In this document: piece by piece, positions 26,920 to 36,397 of the stretch
How positions within the stretch are numbered: the first letter of the stretch is position 1
How the letters are laid out: the number at the start of each line of letters is the position of its first letter
Assembly: GCA_965229245.1 (NCBI GenBank)
Contig: CBDDIW010000003.1
Location: 849,834-913,833 of the forward strand
Reading direction: 5' to 3'
Origin: Verrucomicrobiales bacterium
Lineage (GTDB): Bacteria > Verrucomicrobiota > Verrucomicrobiia > Verrucomicrobiales > V1-33
Length of the DNA: 64,000 bases
Position numbers and translations under genes: made by a program
The notes under the pieces: generated by a model
The model's input: only the letters and a program-made list of their open reading frames with translations
Told to the model about the DNA's origin: nothing
Database searches by the model: none

Positions 26920-28767
26920 TCACTTCTCCAGCGCCAGTTCCAGCACCTTGTTCAGGCGCTGGACCACGCTGCGGGGATCCTCCACCAGCCCGGCGCTGAG
27001 CAGCGCGGTATCCAGCAACTGCCCGGCGATGAGCGCGGACGCTTCCGGACGGGCTTCCCGGCTGCGGGCGAGCTTCACGATGAGCGGGTGCTTCGGATTC
27101 ACATCCAGATGCACCTTCGTGGCCGGGGCCTCCTGCTTCATGGTCTTCATCATGGCGCGGAGCTGCGGGCCCATGCGGGCGCCCTCCGGCAGCAGCGCGG
27201 CCACGGGGCTGTCCACGAGGCGTTTGGAAGGCGTCACCTTTTCCACGCCCTCGCCCAGGGTCTCCTGCATCCACGCGGCGAATTCCTCCGCCTCGCTGTC
27301 CGTCAGGCCGTCTTTTTTCTCCGTGTTCGGAGCGTCGCCGAGATCGATTTCAGAGGAATCCGCGGACACCAGCTTCTTCCCGGAAAACTCCGTCAGGGTG
27401 GAGACCACGTATTCATCCACGGGCTCCGTGAAGTAGATCACCTCCAGGCCGCGCGCCTTGAAGGCCTCCAGATACGGGCCGGACTCGATGGACGAGCGCG
27501 CCGGAGCCTGGAGGTAATAGATGTCATTCTGCCCGTCCTTCATGCGGGTGACGTATTCGTCCAGGCCCGTGAGCTTGCCCTCGTCCGTCATGCTGGACTC
27601 GAAGCGCAGCAGCTTTGCCAGGGCTTCACGGTGTTTGTGGTCCGTGATGGTGCCCTCTTTGATGAAGCGGCTGAACTGGAGGTAAAACTCGCGATACTTC
27701 TCCGCGTCGTCCTTCGCCTCGGAGTCCAGGAATTTCAGGAACCGCTTCGTGATGACATCGCCCAGCTTTTGCACCAGGGCGCTGTCCTGCATGGTCTCGC
27801 GGGAAATGTTGAGCGGCAGGTCATCGCTGTCGATCACGCCGCGCAGGAAGCGCAGCCAGTCCGGGAGCAGGCTCTTCGGATGCTGGTCGATGAGCACGCG
27901 GCGGCAGTAGAGCGCCACGCCGGGGTCCGTCTGGCCCATGCCCCAGGGCTCCGGGTTTTCCCGGGGGACGAAGAGCAGGGAATGGATGGCCAGGGGCGCG
28001 TCCGCGTTGAAGTGCAGGCGGTAGCGCGGCTCGTCCCACGCGTGGGCGATGAACTTGTAGAATTCGTTGTAGTCCTCGTCCTTGATTTCGTTCCGGTTTT
28101 TCAGCCAGAGGGCCTCCACCTTGTTCACGCGCTCGCCGTTCAGCAGGAGAGGGAAGGGGACGAAGTTCGAGTATCGCTTCAGGATCTCCTCCGCGCGCCA
28201 CTTCTTCGCGAAGTCCGCGTGCTCCTCCTTCAGGTGCATCACGATGCGGCTGCCGCGGCCCTGGTCCGGGACTTCCTCGATGGTGTAGCCGCCGCGTCCG
28301 TCGCTCGTCCACACTAGGCCCTCGCCGTCCGCCTTCCAGGAGCGGGTGAAGACCTCCACCTTGTCCGCCACCATGAAGGAGCTGTAGAAGCCCACGCCGA
28401 ACTTTCCGATGACATTTCCCGCCGCGGAGGCGCCGGTCTCCAGGGACTGGAGGAACGCCTTCGTGCCACTGTGGGCGATGGTGCCCAGGTTCTGCACCAG
28501 TTCCTCCCGCGTCATGCCGATGCCGCGGTCCGTGATGGTGATGGTCTTCGCCTCCTCATCCGTGGTCACCAGGATCTCCAGGGCGGCATCCGCCTCGAAG
28601 ATATCGCGCTCCGTCTGCTGGATGTGGCGCAGCTTCTCCTCCGCGTCGGAGGCGTTGGAGACCAGCTCGCGCAGGAAGATTTCCCGGTCCGTGTAGAGGG
28701 AATTGATGACGATATCCAGCAGTTGCCGGACTTCGGCCTGGAAGGTGTGGGTAGTGGCTTCGCTCAT
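26920..28767 (-). CDS. htpG: molecular chaperone HtpG (Hsp90)
   Basis: FQAEVRQLLDIVINSLYTDREIFLRELVSNASDA, GIGMTREEL and GQFGVGFYS-type motifs. 615 aa. Confidence 0.97.
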   Translation of the reverse strand: MSEATTHTFQAEVRQLLDIVINSLYTDREIFLRELVSNASDAEEKLRHIQQTERDIFEADAALEILVTTDEEAKTITITDRGIGMTREELVQNLGTIAHSGTKAFLQSLETGASAAGNVIGKFGVGFYSSFMVADKVEVFTRSWKADGEGLVWTSDGRGGYTIEEVPDQGRGSRIVMHLKEEHADFAKKWRAEEILKRYSNFVPFPLLLNGERVNKVEALWLKNRNEIKDEDYNEFYKFIAHAWDEPRYRLHFNADAPLAIHSLLFVPRENPEPWGMGQTDPGVALYCRRVLIDQHPKSLLPDWLRFLRGVIDSDDLPLNISRETMQDSALVQKLGDVITKRFLKFLDSEAKDDAEKYREFYLQFSRFIKEGTITDHKHREALAKLLRFESSMTDEGKLTGLDEYVTRMKDGQNDIYYLQAPARSSIESGPYLEAFKARGLEVIYFTEPVDEYVVSTLTEFSGKKLVSADSSEIDLGDAPNTEKKDGLTDSEAEEFAAWMQETLGEGVEKVTPSKRLVDSPVAALLPEGARMGPQLRAMMKTMKQEAPATKVHLDVNPKHPLIVKLARSREARPEASALIAGQLLDTALLSAGLVEDPRSVVQRLNKVLELALEK

Positions 28768-28903
28768 GATTTTTCTGTGAATAGCTCAGATTCGGGGCGC
28801 GGAGACTACCCGGAACTTCGCGTCTGTCAAAACCCCTCCGCGTTTCCCTGAACGGGGTGGGAGGCAACTGGTTTCCAATCAATGGTGTCCGTCTGTACTG
28901 ATC

Positions 28904-28982
28904 GCCAAAAGTAATTTCCGAAATGAGGGCGGGCCCCCTGAGGAGGACGCAGCTATCCGGAAATGACTTATGGCAAACGCTC
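28904..28982. repeat. about 80-bp hairpin repeat, copy B (inverted relative to copy A)
   Basis: gccaaaagtaatttccgaaatga...ccggaaatgacttatggcaaacgctc. The ends are conserved with the reverse complement of copy A. Confidence 0.6.
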
Positions 28983-29019
28983 TAACGGATTTTTTGTTGA
29001 TGACCGGCGCCGGAATTCC

Positions 29020-29224
29020 GGAGGGCCGAAGACCCGGACCCATACCAGCCCGGGGCAACGCCCCGGGGACGACCGGCAACGGTATTTTTAAGGGCTGAAA
29101 GCCCGCGCCACTCCTCTTCGGCAGGACCGGATGGGGCGGGCCTTCAGCCCTTTTCCCTTTTGTATTTGGGGGGATTCCCGGGGCGTTGCCCCGGGCTGGT
29201 ATGGGTCCGGGCCTTTGGCCCTCC
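29020..29224. repeat. 205-bp nested palindromic element
   Basis: The 47-nt outer arms (29020-29066 vs 29178-29224) differ at 2 positions. The inner arms are agggctgaaagcccgc / gcgggccttcagccct. The core ccccggggcgttgccccggg is REP-like. Confidence 0.6.
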
Positions 29225-29500
29225 AGAGATCAGGCCCTGGCAGAGGATGCTTTCCAGCCCCCGGGCGGGCACGGTGAAGTCAGTTAGCCGGACACCATTG
29301 GGTTCCCACCCGGAATAACAGAACACCCCGTCCCGGTAAACCCGGAACGGGTTTACCGAAGCATGCCCGCCGGTTATCGGAGTCCATGTGCGGGAGGAGA
29401 AAATCATGATGATCCCGTGCCAGGGCTTACGCTTGAACAACCGGATCAGGTCGCTTCCATAGTTTTTATGCGTAAGCCCTAACGGAAATCCCGTTTCCAC
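29144..29500 (-). CDS. doubtful hypothetical ORF (possible gene fragment)
   Basis: 118-aa ORF downstream of the PiT gene. Its C-terminal third is encoded by the palindromic repeat. No motif recognised. Confidence 0.2.
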   Translation of the reverse strand: METGFPLGLTHKNYGSDLIRLFKRKPWHGIIMIFSSRTWTPITGGHASVNPFRVYRDGVFCYSGWEPNGVRLTDFTVPARGLESILCQGLISGGPKARTHTSPGQRPGNPPKYKREKG

Positions 29501-29554
29501 GAAACTGCGCCGGAACAGCCAGCCGGACGCTGCTGGAAAGGTCCCTGGCCGGAA

Positions 29555-30670
29555 TCACAGATTCCCAAACCCCGCCTGTTGCAGCAGCCAGACGATGGCG
29601 AACGCGAGGATGGCCGTCGCGGGAATGGTAAAAACCCAGGCCCAGAGCATGCGCTCCGCGACCATCCACTTCACCGCGCCAAAGCGTTTACTGGCTCCCA
29701 CGCCCATGATGGAACTGGAGATCACCTGGGTAGTGGAAAGGGGAATGCCCAGCTCCGTGCCCACCCCGATGATGCCCGCCGCCGTGCCCTGGGCCACGAG
29801 GCCATTGATGGGCTGTAGCTTCACCATGCCGCTGCCCATGGTCTTGATGATCTTCCAGCCGCCCGCGGCGGTGCCCAGGCCGATGGTGATAGCGCACACC
29901 AGCTTCATCCACAGAGTGACGGTGAATTCCGGTGTCCGCAGCCATGCCAGCCAGTCCGGGGCACTGTTCAACGCGCCGGACTGCGTGGCGATCACCAGCG
30001 TGAGCGCGATGATGCCCATGTTCTTCTGCGCGTCATTCCGCCCGTGCTCCAGACTCATCCACATGGCCGTCACCCATTGCAGGCGGGCGGAGACATAATT
30101 CACGGAGCGGGGGCGCAGAGACCGGCAGCAGAGATAGAGCAGCCCCATGACCAGAAAGCCCGCCACCAGACCCACCAGCGGCGCGATGAGCATGGGAGCC
30201 AGCACCTTCGGCCACAGCCCGTCGGATTTAAAAAACGGCAGTTCCACCGCCGCGTGCGTCACCGGGTCCACCACCGTGTGCCGGTACCAGATGATGGCGT
30301 CCCAGTTCCCATGGGAGGAGGCAAAGGCCGCGCCGATGAGCCCGCCCACCAGCGCGTGGCTGGAACTGGATGGCAGGCCCACCCACCACGTCACCACATT
30401 CCACACCACCGCGCTCAGCAGACAGCAGAGCACCGTGGTTAGATTGATGGCGTGCATGTCCACCAGACCCGTGCCGATGGTCTTCGCCACGGCGGTGCCC
30501 AGGAGGGCACCCACCAGATTGAACACGGTCGAGATCAGGATCGCCTGGTTCGGCGTCATCACCTTCGTGGCGACGCTCGTGGCGATCGAGTTGGCGGTGT
30601 CGTGGAATCCGTTGGTGTAGGTGAACGCGATGGCAACGAAAACGACGAACAGGACGAGAGCCAGTTCCAT
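29555..30670 (-). CDS. inorganic phosphate transporter, PiT (PHO4) family
   Basis: AFTYTNGFHDTANSIATSV at the N-terminus and a repeated GxNDAQK-type motif (HGRNDAQKNMGI). Multi-TM. Confidence 0.93.
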   Translation of the reverse strand: MELALVLFVVFVAIAFTYTNGFHDTANSIATSVATKVMTPNQAILISTVFNLVGALLGTAVAKTIGTGLVDMHAINLTTVLCCLLSAVVWNVVTWWVGLPSSSSHALVGGLIGAAFASSHGNWDAIIWYRHTVVDPVTHAAVELPFFKSDGLWPKVLAPMLIAPLVGLVAGFLVMGLLYLCCRSLRPRSVNYVSARLQWVTAMWMSLEHGRNDAQKNMGIIALTLVIATQSGALNSAPDWLAWLRTPEFTVTLWMKLVCAITIGLGTAAGGWKIIKTMGSGMVKLQPINGLVAQGTAAGIIGVGTELGIPLSTTQVISSSIMGVGASKRFGAVKWMVAERMLWAWVFTIPATAILAFAIVWLLQQAGFGNL

Positions 30671-30701
30671 ATCCGTAAGGGGGGGAGGAAATGGAAACAG
30701 C

Positions 30702-31331
30702 TCAGCTGTTCTTCAGAATCACCAGCGCCAGCGTGCGCCCGATGGAGCGGCAGACATCGATGCAGTCGCTCAGAATGTGATAGAGATCCTGCGCGATGAT
30801 GCTGCTCAGTTCATCCCCGCCGGGCAGATACATGCGCCGCAGGGACTCCAGAATGACGCGGCCGGCATCCGCCTCCACCTGGCTCAGGCGGGCGTCCAGC
30901 GCGTTGATCTCCGCGAGCTTCCCGCTCCGGCTGAGGATCTGCACCATCTCCACCACGATCTTCGCGCCGCCCTCCAGCATATGCGCGGCGAGGGCAAAGT
31001 CGAATCCCGCCACCTTGTCCCACACGAGCGCGTAGCGGTCCGCGAATTTCTCCACCTTCTTCGGCAGCCGGTAAAGCTGCGTGGCGATGGCCTGGATGTC
31101 CTCGCGCTCGATGGGCGTCACGAAGACCTGCGTGAGCATTTCCTCCAGTTTGTTGATGACCGCCTTGTCCTTGCGGCGGGCGGTGCTGAAGGCCTCCAGG
31201 CTGGGCGGGCCGGAGGGCTCCGCCAGCATGGCGCGGAGCGCGGTGACGGATTCCGCCCCCAGCGCGGCGCTCTGTTCCAGCAGGCCGAAGAATTCTTCGG
31301 GCCTGCCCAGGATTCGTTGTAGCGAAAACAT
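30702..31331 (-). CDS. DUF47-family (PhoU-like) Pit accessory protein, copy 1
   Basis: 209 aa, helical. FFGLLEQSA...EREDIQAIATQLYRLPKKVEKFA, typical of DUF47/TIGR00153. Immediately upstream of the PiT gene. Confidence 0.85.
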   Translation of the reverse strand: MFSLQRILGRPEEFFGLLEQSAALGAESVTALRAMLAEPSGPPSLEAFSTARRKDKAVINKLEEMLTQVFVTPIEREDIQAIATQLYRLPKKVEKFADRYALVWDKVAGFDFALAAHMLEGGAKIVVEMVQILSRSGKLAEINALDARLSQVEADAGRVILESLRRMYLPGGDELSSIIAQDLYHILSDCIDVCRSIGRTLALVILKNS

Positions 31332-31342
31332 AGGGGCGCGGA

Positions 31343-31978
31343 TCAGGAATTCTTGAGCACGATGTGGGTGATGATGTTCCCCGCGTCCCGGCAGCGGTCC
31401 ACCACCGTCTCCAGCAGTTCAAAGAGATCCCGCAGGGCGATCACGCGTATGGGCTCATGCCGTCCGCTGTAGAGATCCCGCAACATTTCCAGCTGGAGGG
31501 CGTCCGCGTCGCCTTCGATCTGCTGAAGCTTCGCGTTGAGCGCCTTGGCTTCATGAATGCGTCCCGCGCCCAGGGTGCGCAGCATGGCCACCAGCGCCAC
31601 CACCTGATTCGTCGCCGCGTCGAGGAGCGCGATGTGCCGGGCGAAGTCGATATCCTTCACCACATGCGAGCTGATGATGAAGCGCTCGGCGAATTTCTCC
31701 ACCGTCTTGGGGATGCGGTAAAGCGCGTGGCTCAGGACTTCGATGTCCTCTTTCTCCAGTTGCGTCACCATGCTGGTCACCAGGGCCTCGTTGATTTGCT
31801 CGGTGATCTTCTTGTCCGCCTCCTTGGACTTGTGAAACTCGTCCAGACTGGGGGTTGACCCCGGGGTGGAAAGAACCTTATTCAGCGCGGTGATGATCGC
31901 GCGGCCTTCCTCCGCGGAGGCTTCCAGCAGGGTGAAGAATTTGTCGTCTTTTCCGAAGAGTTTTTGGAGGGAGATCAT
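31343..31978 (-). CDS. DUF47-family (PhoU-like) protein, copy 2
   Basis: 211 aa, a paralogue of the adjacent gene (KFFTLLEASA...EKEDIEVLSHALYRIPKTVEKFA; both end in (I)VLKNS). Confidence 0.85.
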   Translation of the reverse strand: MISLQKLFGKDDKFFTLLEASAEEGRAIITALNKVLSTPGSTPSLDEFHKSKEADKKITEQINEALVTSMVTQLEKEDIEVLSHALYRIPKTVEKFAERFIISSHVVKDIDFARHIALLDAATNQVVALVAMLRTLGAGRIHEAKALNAKLQQIEGDADALQLEMLRDLYSGRHEPIRVIALRDLFELLETVVDRCRDAGNIITHIVLKNS

Positions 31979-32036
31979 GGGTGCAATGATGGGGTGCTGC
32001 CTTGTGTGACAGAAAAGCCAGTGGCGGGAGGATGTA

Positions 32037-32058
32037 AATGTGACAATTACGTCACATT
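32037..32058. promoter_or_regulatory. perfect 8-bp-arm palindrome upstream of the DUF47-DUF47-PiT operon
   Basis: AATGTGAC-aattac-GTCACATT, 59-80 nt upstream of the start at 31978. On the minus strand it reads as TGTGAC/TGTCAC repeats 11 bp apart. Confidence 0.3.
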
Positions 32059-32190
32059 AGCTTCGGTTTAAGTTAAACCAGGTCACGGAATGCGGATCGT
32101 TTCCCGTCACGGGTGCCGGAGACCGGATCACCGGTTTGTGGGCCTGAAAGCCCGTGGATCGCGGCTCCCAAACTTCCAGGGCCGCCACGG

Positions 32191-33468
32191 TTACCTGGAC
32201 TTCAGTTCATCCCATGACTTCAATCCCGCCACGGGAAGGGCAAACGCCGCGGCTTCATCCCACGCGGGAGTCCCGGCTTTCTGGAACAGCTCATAGATAC
32301 TCTTTTTCCTGTCAGGATCGGCGATGGACTTCGGCTTGTTCGTCCAGAGCCCCAGGCGCAGACCACCCTCTTGGGAGTGGTCCACGTGGCGGTGATAAAT
32401 GAAAGCGTCCACCACCGGCAGGCGGCGGCACTTTTCCCACGCATAGGCATAGGCGGCAGCCTGGAGGGTCTCGCCGTCCGGCTTCGCCAGCGTGTGGAAT
32501 CCCTGCTCGGACAGGATCACGCGGCGCGATTGCCCTTTCCACCGCATCTCCGGGCGCTCCAGGTGGCGGCAGAGGACTTCCAGATTTTTAAACGTCACCT
32601 TGGGGGTGTTGTCGTCGAAGGTCACGGACTTGTCCGCCCACGCGCGCGGGTTTCCCAGGTCTTCGGGATACGGGTGCCAGGCCACGTGCCAGTCGAAGTC
32701 CCCATGCTCTTTCACCTTCGCGGCAAAGGCATCCAGGAAGTTCCTCCCGGGCGTGGATTCCTGGGGACTGATGCCGCCCATGCTGATGCCCCAGTGGTGA
32801 TCGAATGAAGTATAGAGCCGCGCGTTCTCCGATTCCCGCCGCACCGCCGTGTGCACCACGCGAAACGCCTTCTCATACTCCGTCACCGCCTCCGGCAGTT
32901 CCATGCGGCCCAGGTTGTACCACATCCAGTGGGAGTTCACCTCGTTCCCCACGATCCAGCCCCACACGCGCCCGTGCTCCGGCGAGGCCCCGCTCCAGCG
33001 GGCGGCGAGGAATCCGGTCACCGCCTCCAGATAGGCACGCCCCTCGTCCGTGGCGGCATTGAACGCGCCCACGCTGTATTGATAGTCCTTGCGTGCCGCC
33101 GGGTGGATGACCACGGCATCCAGCGCCGCGTTCTTCGAGGGATAGGCAATGAGGATCAGATACACCAGCATCCCCTTGTCGGAGAGCGGCTTCACCTGGC
33201 GGTCCAGGCTCTGGAGATAACCCTCCTGCAGGCTGAACTCCCGCCCGCCCGCTTTTGCCACTGGATTCCCGGGCTTCTTCGAGAGGTCCAGCAGTTGCGT
33301 CAGATTCACATTGATCCCTGCGTGGTGAATTCCCAGCGCGATGGCATCCTCGTTCATCTGCACCTGCAGACCCTTGATGTCCGGCGGTTTGGGAAACGGA
33401 TCGGTGTTCGGAGCCGCGAGCGCCAGCGTGGGGAGGAGCAGACAGAGGAGAGACCTGAGAATGGACAT
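32191..33468 (-). CDS. secreted clan GH-A-like glycoside hydrolase (family unassigned)
   Basis: Signal peptide LLCLLLPTLALAAP. WIVGNEVNSHW looks like an acid/base NE motif and VILSEQGF like a nucleophile motif of (beta/alpha)8 glycosidases. Confidence 0.55.
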   Translation of the reverse strand: MSILRSLLCLLLPTLALAAPNTDPFPKPPDIKGLQVQMNEDAIALGIHHAGINVNLTQLLDLSKKPGNPVAKAGGREFSLQEGYLQSLDRQVKPLSDKGMLVYLILIAYPSKNAALDAVVIHPAARKDYQYSVGAFNAATDEGRAYLEAVTGFLAARWSGASPEHGRVWGWIVGNEVNSHWMWYNLGRMELPEAVTEYEKAFRVVHTAVRRESENARLYTSFDHHWGISMGGISPQESTPGRNFLDAFAAKVKEHGDFDWHVAWHPYPEDLGNPRAWADKSVTFDDNTPKVTFKNLEVLCRHLERPEMRWKGQSRRVILSEQGFHTLAKPDGETLQAAAYAYAWEKCRRLPVVDAFIYHRHVDHSQEGGLRLGLWTNKPKSIADPDRKKSIYELFQKAGTPAWDEAAAFALPVAGLKSWDELKSR

Positions 33469-33533
33469 GGGCTCAGGTAACGGCGGCAGGGCCGCGAATA
33501 TTGCGCCGTCCTGGGAAATGGACCGGAATGCCC

Positions 33534-34889
33534 CTAACTTTCCGGCGGCAGGTCCCGGCCCAGGCGTTTGCGCAGGGTGTTCCGGTTCATCTTCAGCGCG
33601 GAGGCGAGGCGGGTGGGACGGTGTTCGAAGTGCGGCAGCAGCACGCTGAGCAGGCGGTTTTCCAGCTCATCGTGGATGGTGTCATACGTCACGGAGGGCT
33701 GCTTCAAACGCGTGCTGGTCCAAGAGGCCAGGGCATTGTGCAGGCGGCGATCAATGGCGGCGGTGTCGGGTCCGCCGCGCAGGGCAGGGGGAAGGTGCGT
33801 GGGCAGCAGGAGCGGGCCGGAGGAAACGGCGGCGGCGTGTTCCAGGGCATTCCGCAGTTCCCGAACATGCCCTGGCCAGTCGCAGGCAGCCAGGCGGGTG
33901 AGCGTCTCCGGCGCGAGGCGGATCTCGCGTCCGGGAGAAAGCTGGGCCAGCAGGGCCTGGGCCAGCGCGGGCAGGTCCTCCATGCGCTGGCGCAGCGGGG
34001 GCAGGATGATCTCGATGACATGCAGCCGGAAGTAGAGGTCCTTCCGGAACCGGCCCGCCGCCACTTCGCCCGCCAGGTCGCGATGCGAGGTGGTGATGAT
34101 GCGTGTGTCCGGCCCGTGCTTCGCGCCTGGCGGCAGGGAGACGGCCTGGGTTTCCACGATGCGGAGCAACTGCGTCTGGAGTTCCGGCGGGAGATCGCTC
34201 ACCTCATCCAGCAGCAGCGTCCCGCCCCGCGCCTGCTCCAGCAGCCGGTCGGCGAAGGGTTCGCCGGAGGCCGAAAGCGTGCCGCAGGCCTGGGTAATGA
34301 ACGGCCCGGAGGCGCGCGTGCCGTGCGCGTGGATGACATGCGCGGCCAGCGTTTTCCCGCTGCCGCTGGGCCCGCGCAGCAATACCGGCGCGGAGGAGGC
34401 GCAGGCATGGGCGATGGCTTTAAAAACCGGCTGCATGGCCGAGCTGGAACCCGTCAGCACCGGCAGTTCCTGGGGCTCCCGGCCCGGGGACGCGCCCGCC
34501 GCGGCGGCCTGCCGCAGCAGTCCCTCCACCGCCTGCTCGAAGGCGCTGAGGTCCAGCGGTTTCACGAGATATTCCGCCGCGCCCTGCTGGCGCGCGGCCA
34601 CGGCGTTTTGCAGATTTCCATGCGCGGTGATGATCAGCACGGGCACCGCCGGCAGCAGCATCCGCAGCTCCGGCAGCAGGTCCAGCCCGCCGCGGTCGGG
34701 CAGCCCGATGTCCAGCACGATCAGCCGCAGCGCTTCCCCGGCCTGCCGGGCGTGCTCCATTCCGCCTCGCGCCGTGGCGGTGGCCTTCGCGGGCAGGCCC
34801 ATCTGTTCACAGGCAGCGCGCAGGGCCTGGGCCAGGGCGGCTTCGTCTTCGATGATCAGGATGGACGGCGGAGTGACGGACGGTTTCAT
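33534..34889 (-). CDS. sigma-54-dependent response regulator (NtrC family)
   Basis: Receiver domain (ILIIEDE...VLDIGLPD), AAA+ domain (GPSGSGKTLAA, LLLDEVSDLPPELQTQLLRIVE), and a C-terminal Fis-type HTH. Confidence 0.9.
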   Translation of the reverse strand: MKPSVTPPSILIIEDEAALAQALRAACEQMGLPAKATATARGGMEHARQAGEALRLIVLDIGLPDRGGLDLLPELRMLLPAVPVLIITAHGNLQNAVAARQQGAAEYLVKPLDLSAFEQAVEGLLRQAAAAGASPGREPQELPVLTGSSSAMQPVFKAIAHACASSAPVLLRGPSGSGKTLAAHVIHAHGTRASGPFITQACGTLSASGEPFADRLLEQARGGTLLLDEVSDLPPELQTQLLRIVETQAVSLPPGAKHGPDTRIITTSHRDLAGEVAAGRFRKDLYFRLHVIEIILPPLRQRMEDLPALAQALLAQLSPGREIRLAPETLTRLAACDWPGHVRELRNALEHAAAVSSGPLLLPTHLPPALRGGPDTAAIDRRLHNALASWTSTRLKQPSVTYDTIHDELENRLLSVLLPHFEHRPTRLASALKMNRNTLRKRLGRDLPPES

Positions 34890-34911
34890 GACAGGATGGG
34901 TAAATTTGAAA

Positions 34912-36294
34912 TCAGGCGGCGGGCAGGCGCAGGATCACCTGGCCGCCCTCCGGGGTATTGGTGAGGGAAAGCGAGCCCCCATGCGCGGCGGCGATCTCCG
35001 CGGAGACACTGAGCCCGATTCCCAGGCCACCCTCTTTTTCGGAAAAGAAAAGCTCCGTGCCCCGGGCCAGCGCCTGGGGGGAAAATCCCGGGCCGGAGTC
35101 CAGGCACAGGATTTCCCAGCAGCCCTCCGCCCCGCGCACGGTGAGCGTCACCGCCGTGTCCTCCGGGGAGGCATGGATGGCATTGGTCAGGAGATTGCCC
35201 AGCACCTGGCGCAGGCGGCGGCTGTCGCCGGAGACCGCCGCCTCCGGTGGAATGCCGGGCGTGGCCAGCGTGAGCCCGGCGTGTTCCGCGGCTGGCGCGG
35301 CGGCCGCCAGGGCTTCCTGGAGAAGGGTGGGGAGGGACACGCGTGTGCGCTGCGGCGGCGCGGGCCGGGTGAGAAAAAGCCACTGATTCACCAGTTCCTC
35401 GATGCGGCCCGCCTCGGAGGAAATGGTGGCCGCGCTCCGGCCCGGGGCGGAATCCCCTGGCAGCGCGCGGGCCAGAAGCTGCGCGTGAAGGCGGATGGCC
35501 GCCGCCGGATTGTTGATCTCATGGGCCAGTCCCGCCGCCATGCGGCCCAGCAGCGCCAGGCGTTCGCTCTCCTCCCGCCGCAGGCGCTCGGCGATGAGCA
35601 GGGCGTGGGTGGCCGCCAGCCCCTCCGCGAGGGAACCGATCTCGTCGTTCCTCCGCGCCACTTTGGGAATCACCAGCGGCGTGTCTCCCGCCAGCCCCGG
35701 CAGCGTGCCCGCCAGCGCGCGCACCGGTCGCACCACCGTCCGGGAAATCCCCACCGCCAGCGCCAGCAGCGCCGCCCAGAAGACCCCCAGTCCCGTCAGC
35801 GCCCCGGGCCGGAGCACCCCGTGCCACGCGGGCTGGGAAGGACGGGACAGCCACAGTTCCCGGCCCTCCGCTCTCAGGGGGATGGCCAGAAAGTCCCGGC
35901 CCCCCTGCGTCACCACGGTTTCCGGGGGCAGCGGATTTTTCAGACCGCCCCACGCCGGGGAACCCGCGGGCGGCACGATGAGCCCGCCATTCCGCAGATG
36001 AAAACAAACGTCCATGCCCAGCACCTCCGTGAGCTGCCGTGCCATCTGCGCCGATGCCGGCAGCCCCGTGTGCGAAATGAACGCCGCGTTCGACCGGCCC
36101 GTGTTCAGAAACGCCTGCCGGGAAAGCGCCGCCTCATCCGCCAGCACCCACCACACCAGCGCCGCCGACCCCACCAGCCCGAATCCTCCAAACACCACCG
36201 CCATGCGGGCCGCCAAAGGCAGCCGACGGGCATGGGTGGTAACGGGATTCATCCCGCCCGCATCCGCCCGGACGGACGGTTTGGCAATGCACAA
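34912..36294 (-). CDS. sensor histidine kinase
   Basis: Two TM segments, H-box LGRMAAGLAHEINNPAAAI, and N/G boxes (LLTNAIHA, DSGPGF, GGLGIGLSV). 22 nt upstream of the regulator gene. Confidence 0.85.
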   Translation of the reverse strand: MCIAKPSVRADAGGMNPVTTHARRLPLAARMAVVFGGFGLVGSAALVWWVLADEAALSRQAFLNTGRSNAAFISHTGLPASAQMARQLTEVLGMDVCFHLRNGGLIVPPAGSPAWGGLKNPLPPETVVTQGGRDFLAIPLRAEGRELWLSRPSQPAWHGVLRPGALTGLGVFWAALLALAVGISRTVVRPVRALAGTLPGLAGDTPLVIPKVARRNDEIGSLAEGLAATHALLIAERLRREESERLALLGRMAAGLAHEINNPAAAIRLHAQLLARALPGDSAPGRSAATISSEAGRIEELVNQWLFLTRPAPPQRTRVSLPTLLQEALAAAAPAAEHAGLTLATPGIPPEAAVSGDSRRLRQVLGNLLTNAIHASPEDTAVTLTVRGAEGCWEILCLDSGPGFSPQALARGTELFFSEKEGGLGIGLSVSAEIAAAHGGSLSLTNTPEGGQVILRLPAA

Positions 36295-36397
36295 ATTTTG
36301 ATCGTTTTGACACTTTCTTCACCACCCCCTGCCAAGCCCGTTTCTCCGTCTCCAAACCCTCCTTCGCCACCGCCCTGCACGCGGGAATTCCCGCCCC

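Noticed and set aside
26083-28317. 744-aa plus-strand ORF
   Set aside because: It is antisense to truA and htpG, both of which have unambiguous family motifs. Shadow ORF.
29144-29500. GGHASVNPFRVYRDG in the doubtful ORF, resembling the H-X9-DG motif of pseudopilin-like DUF1559 proteins
   Set aside because: The spacing is X10, not X9. There is no prepilin N-terminal motif, and part of the ORF is repeat-derived.
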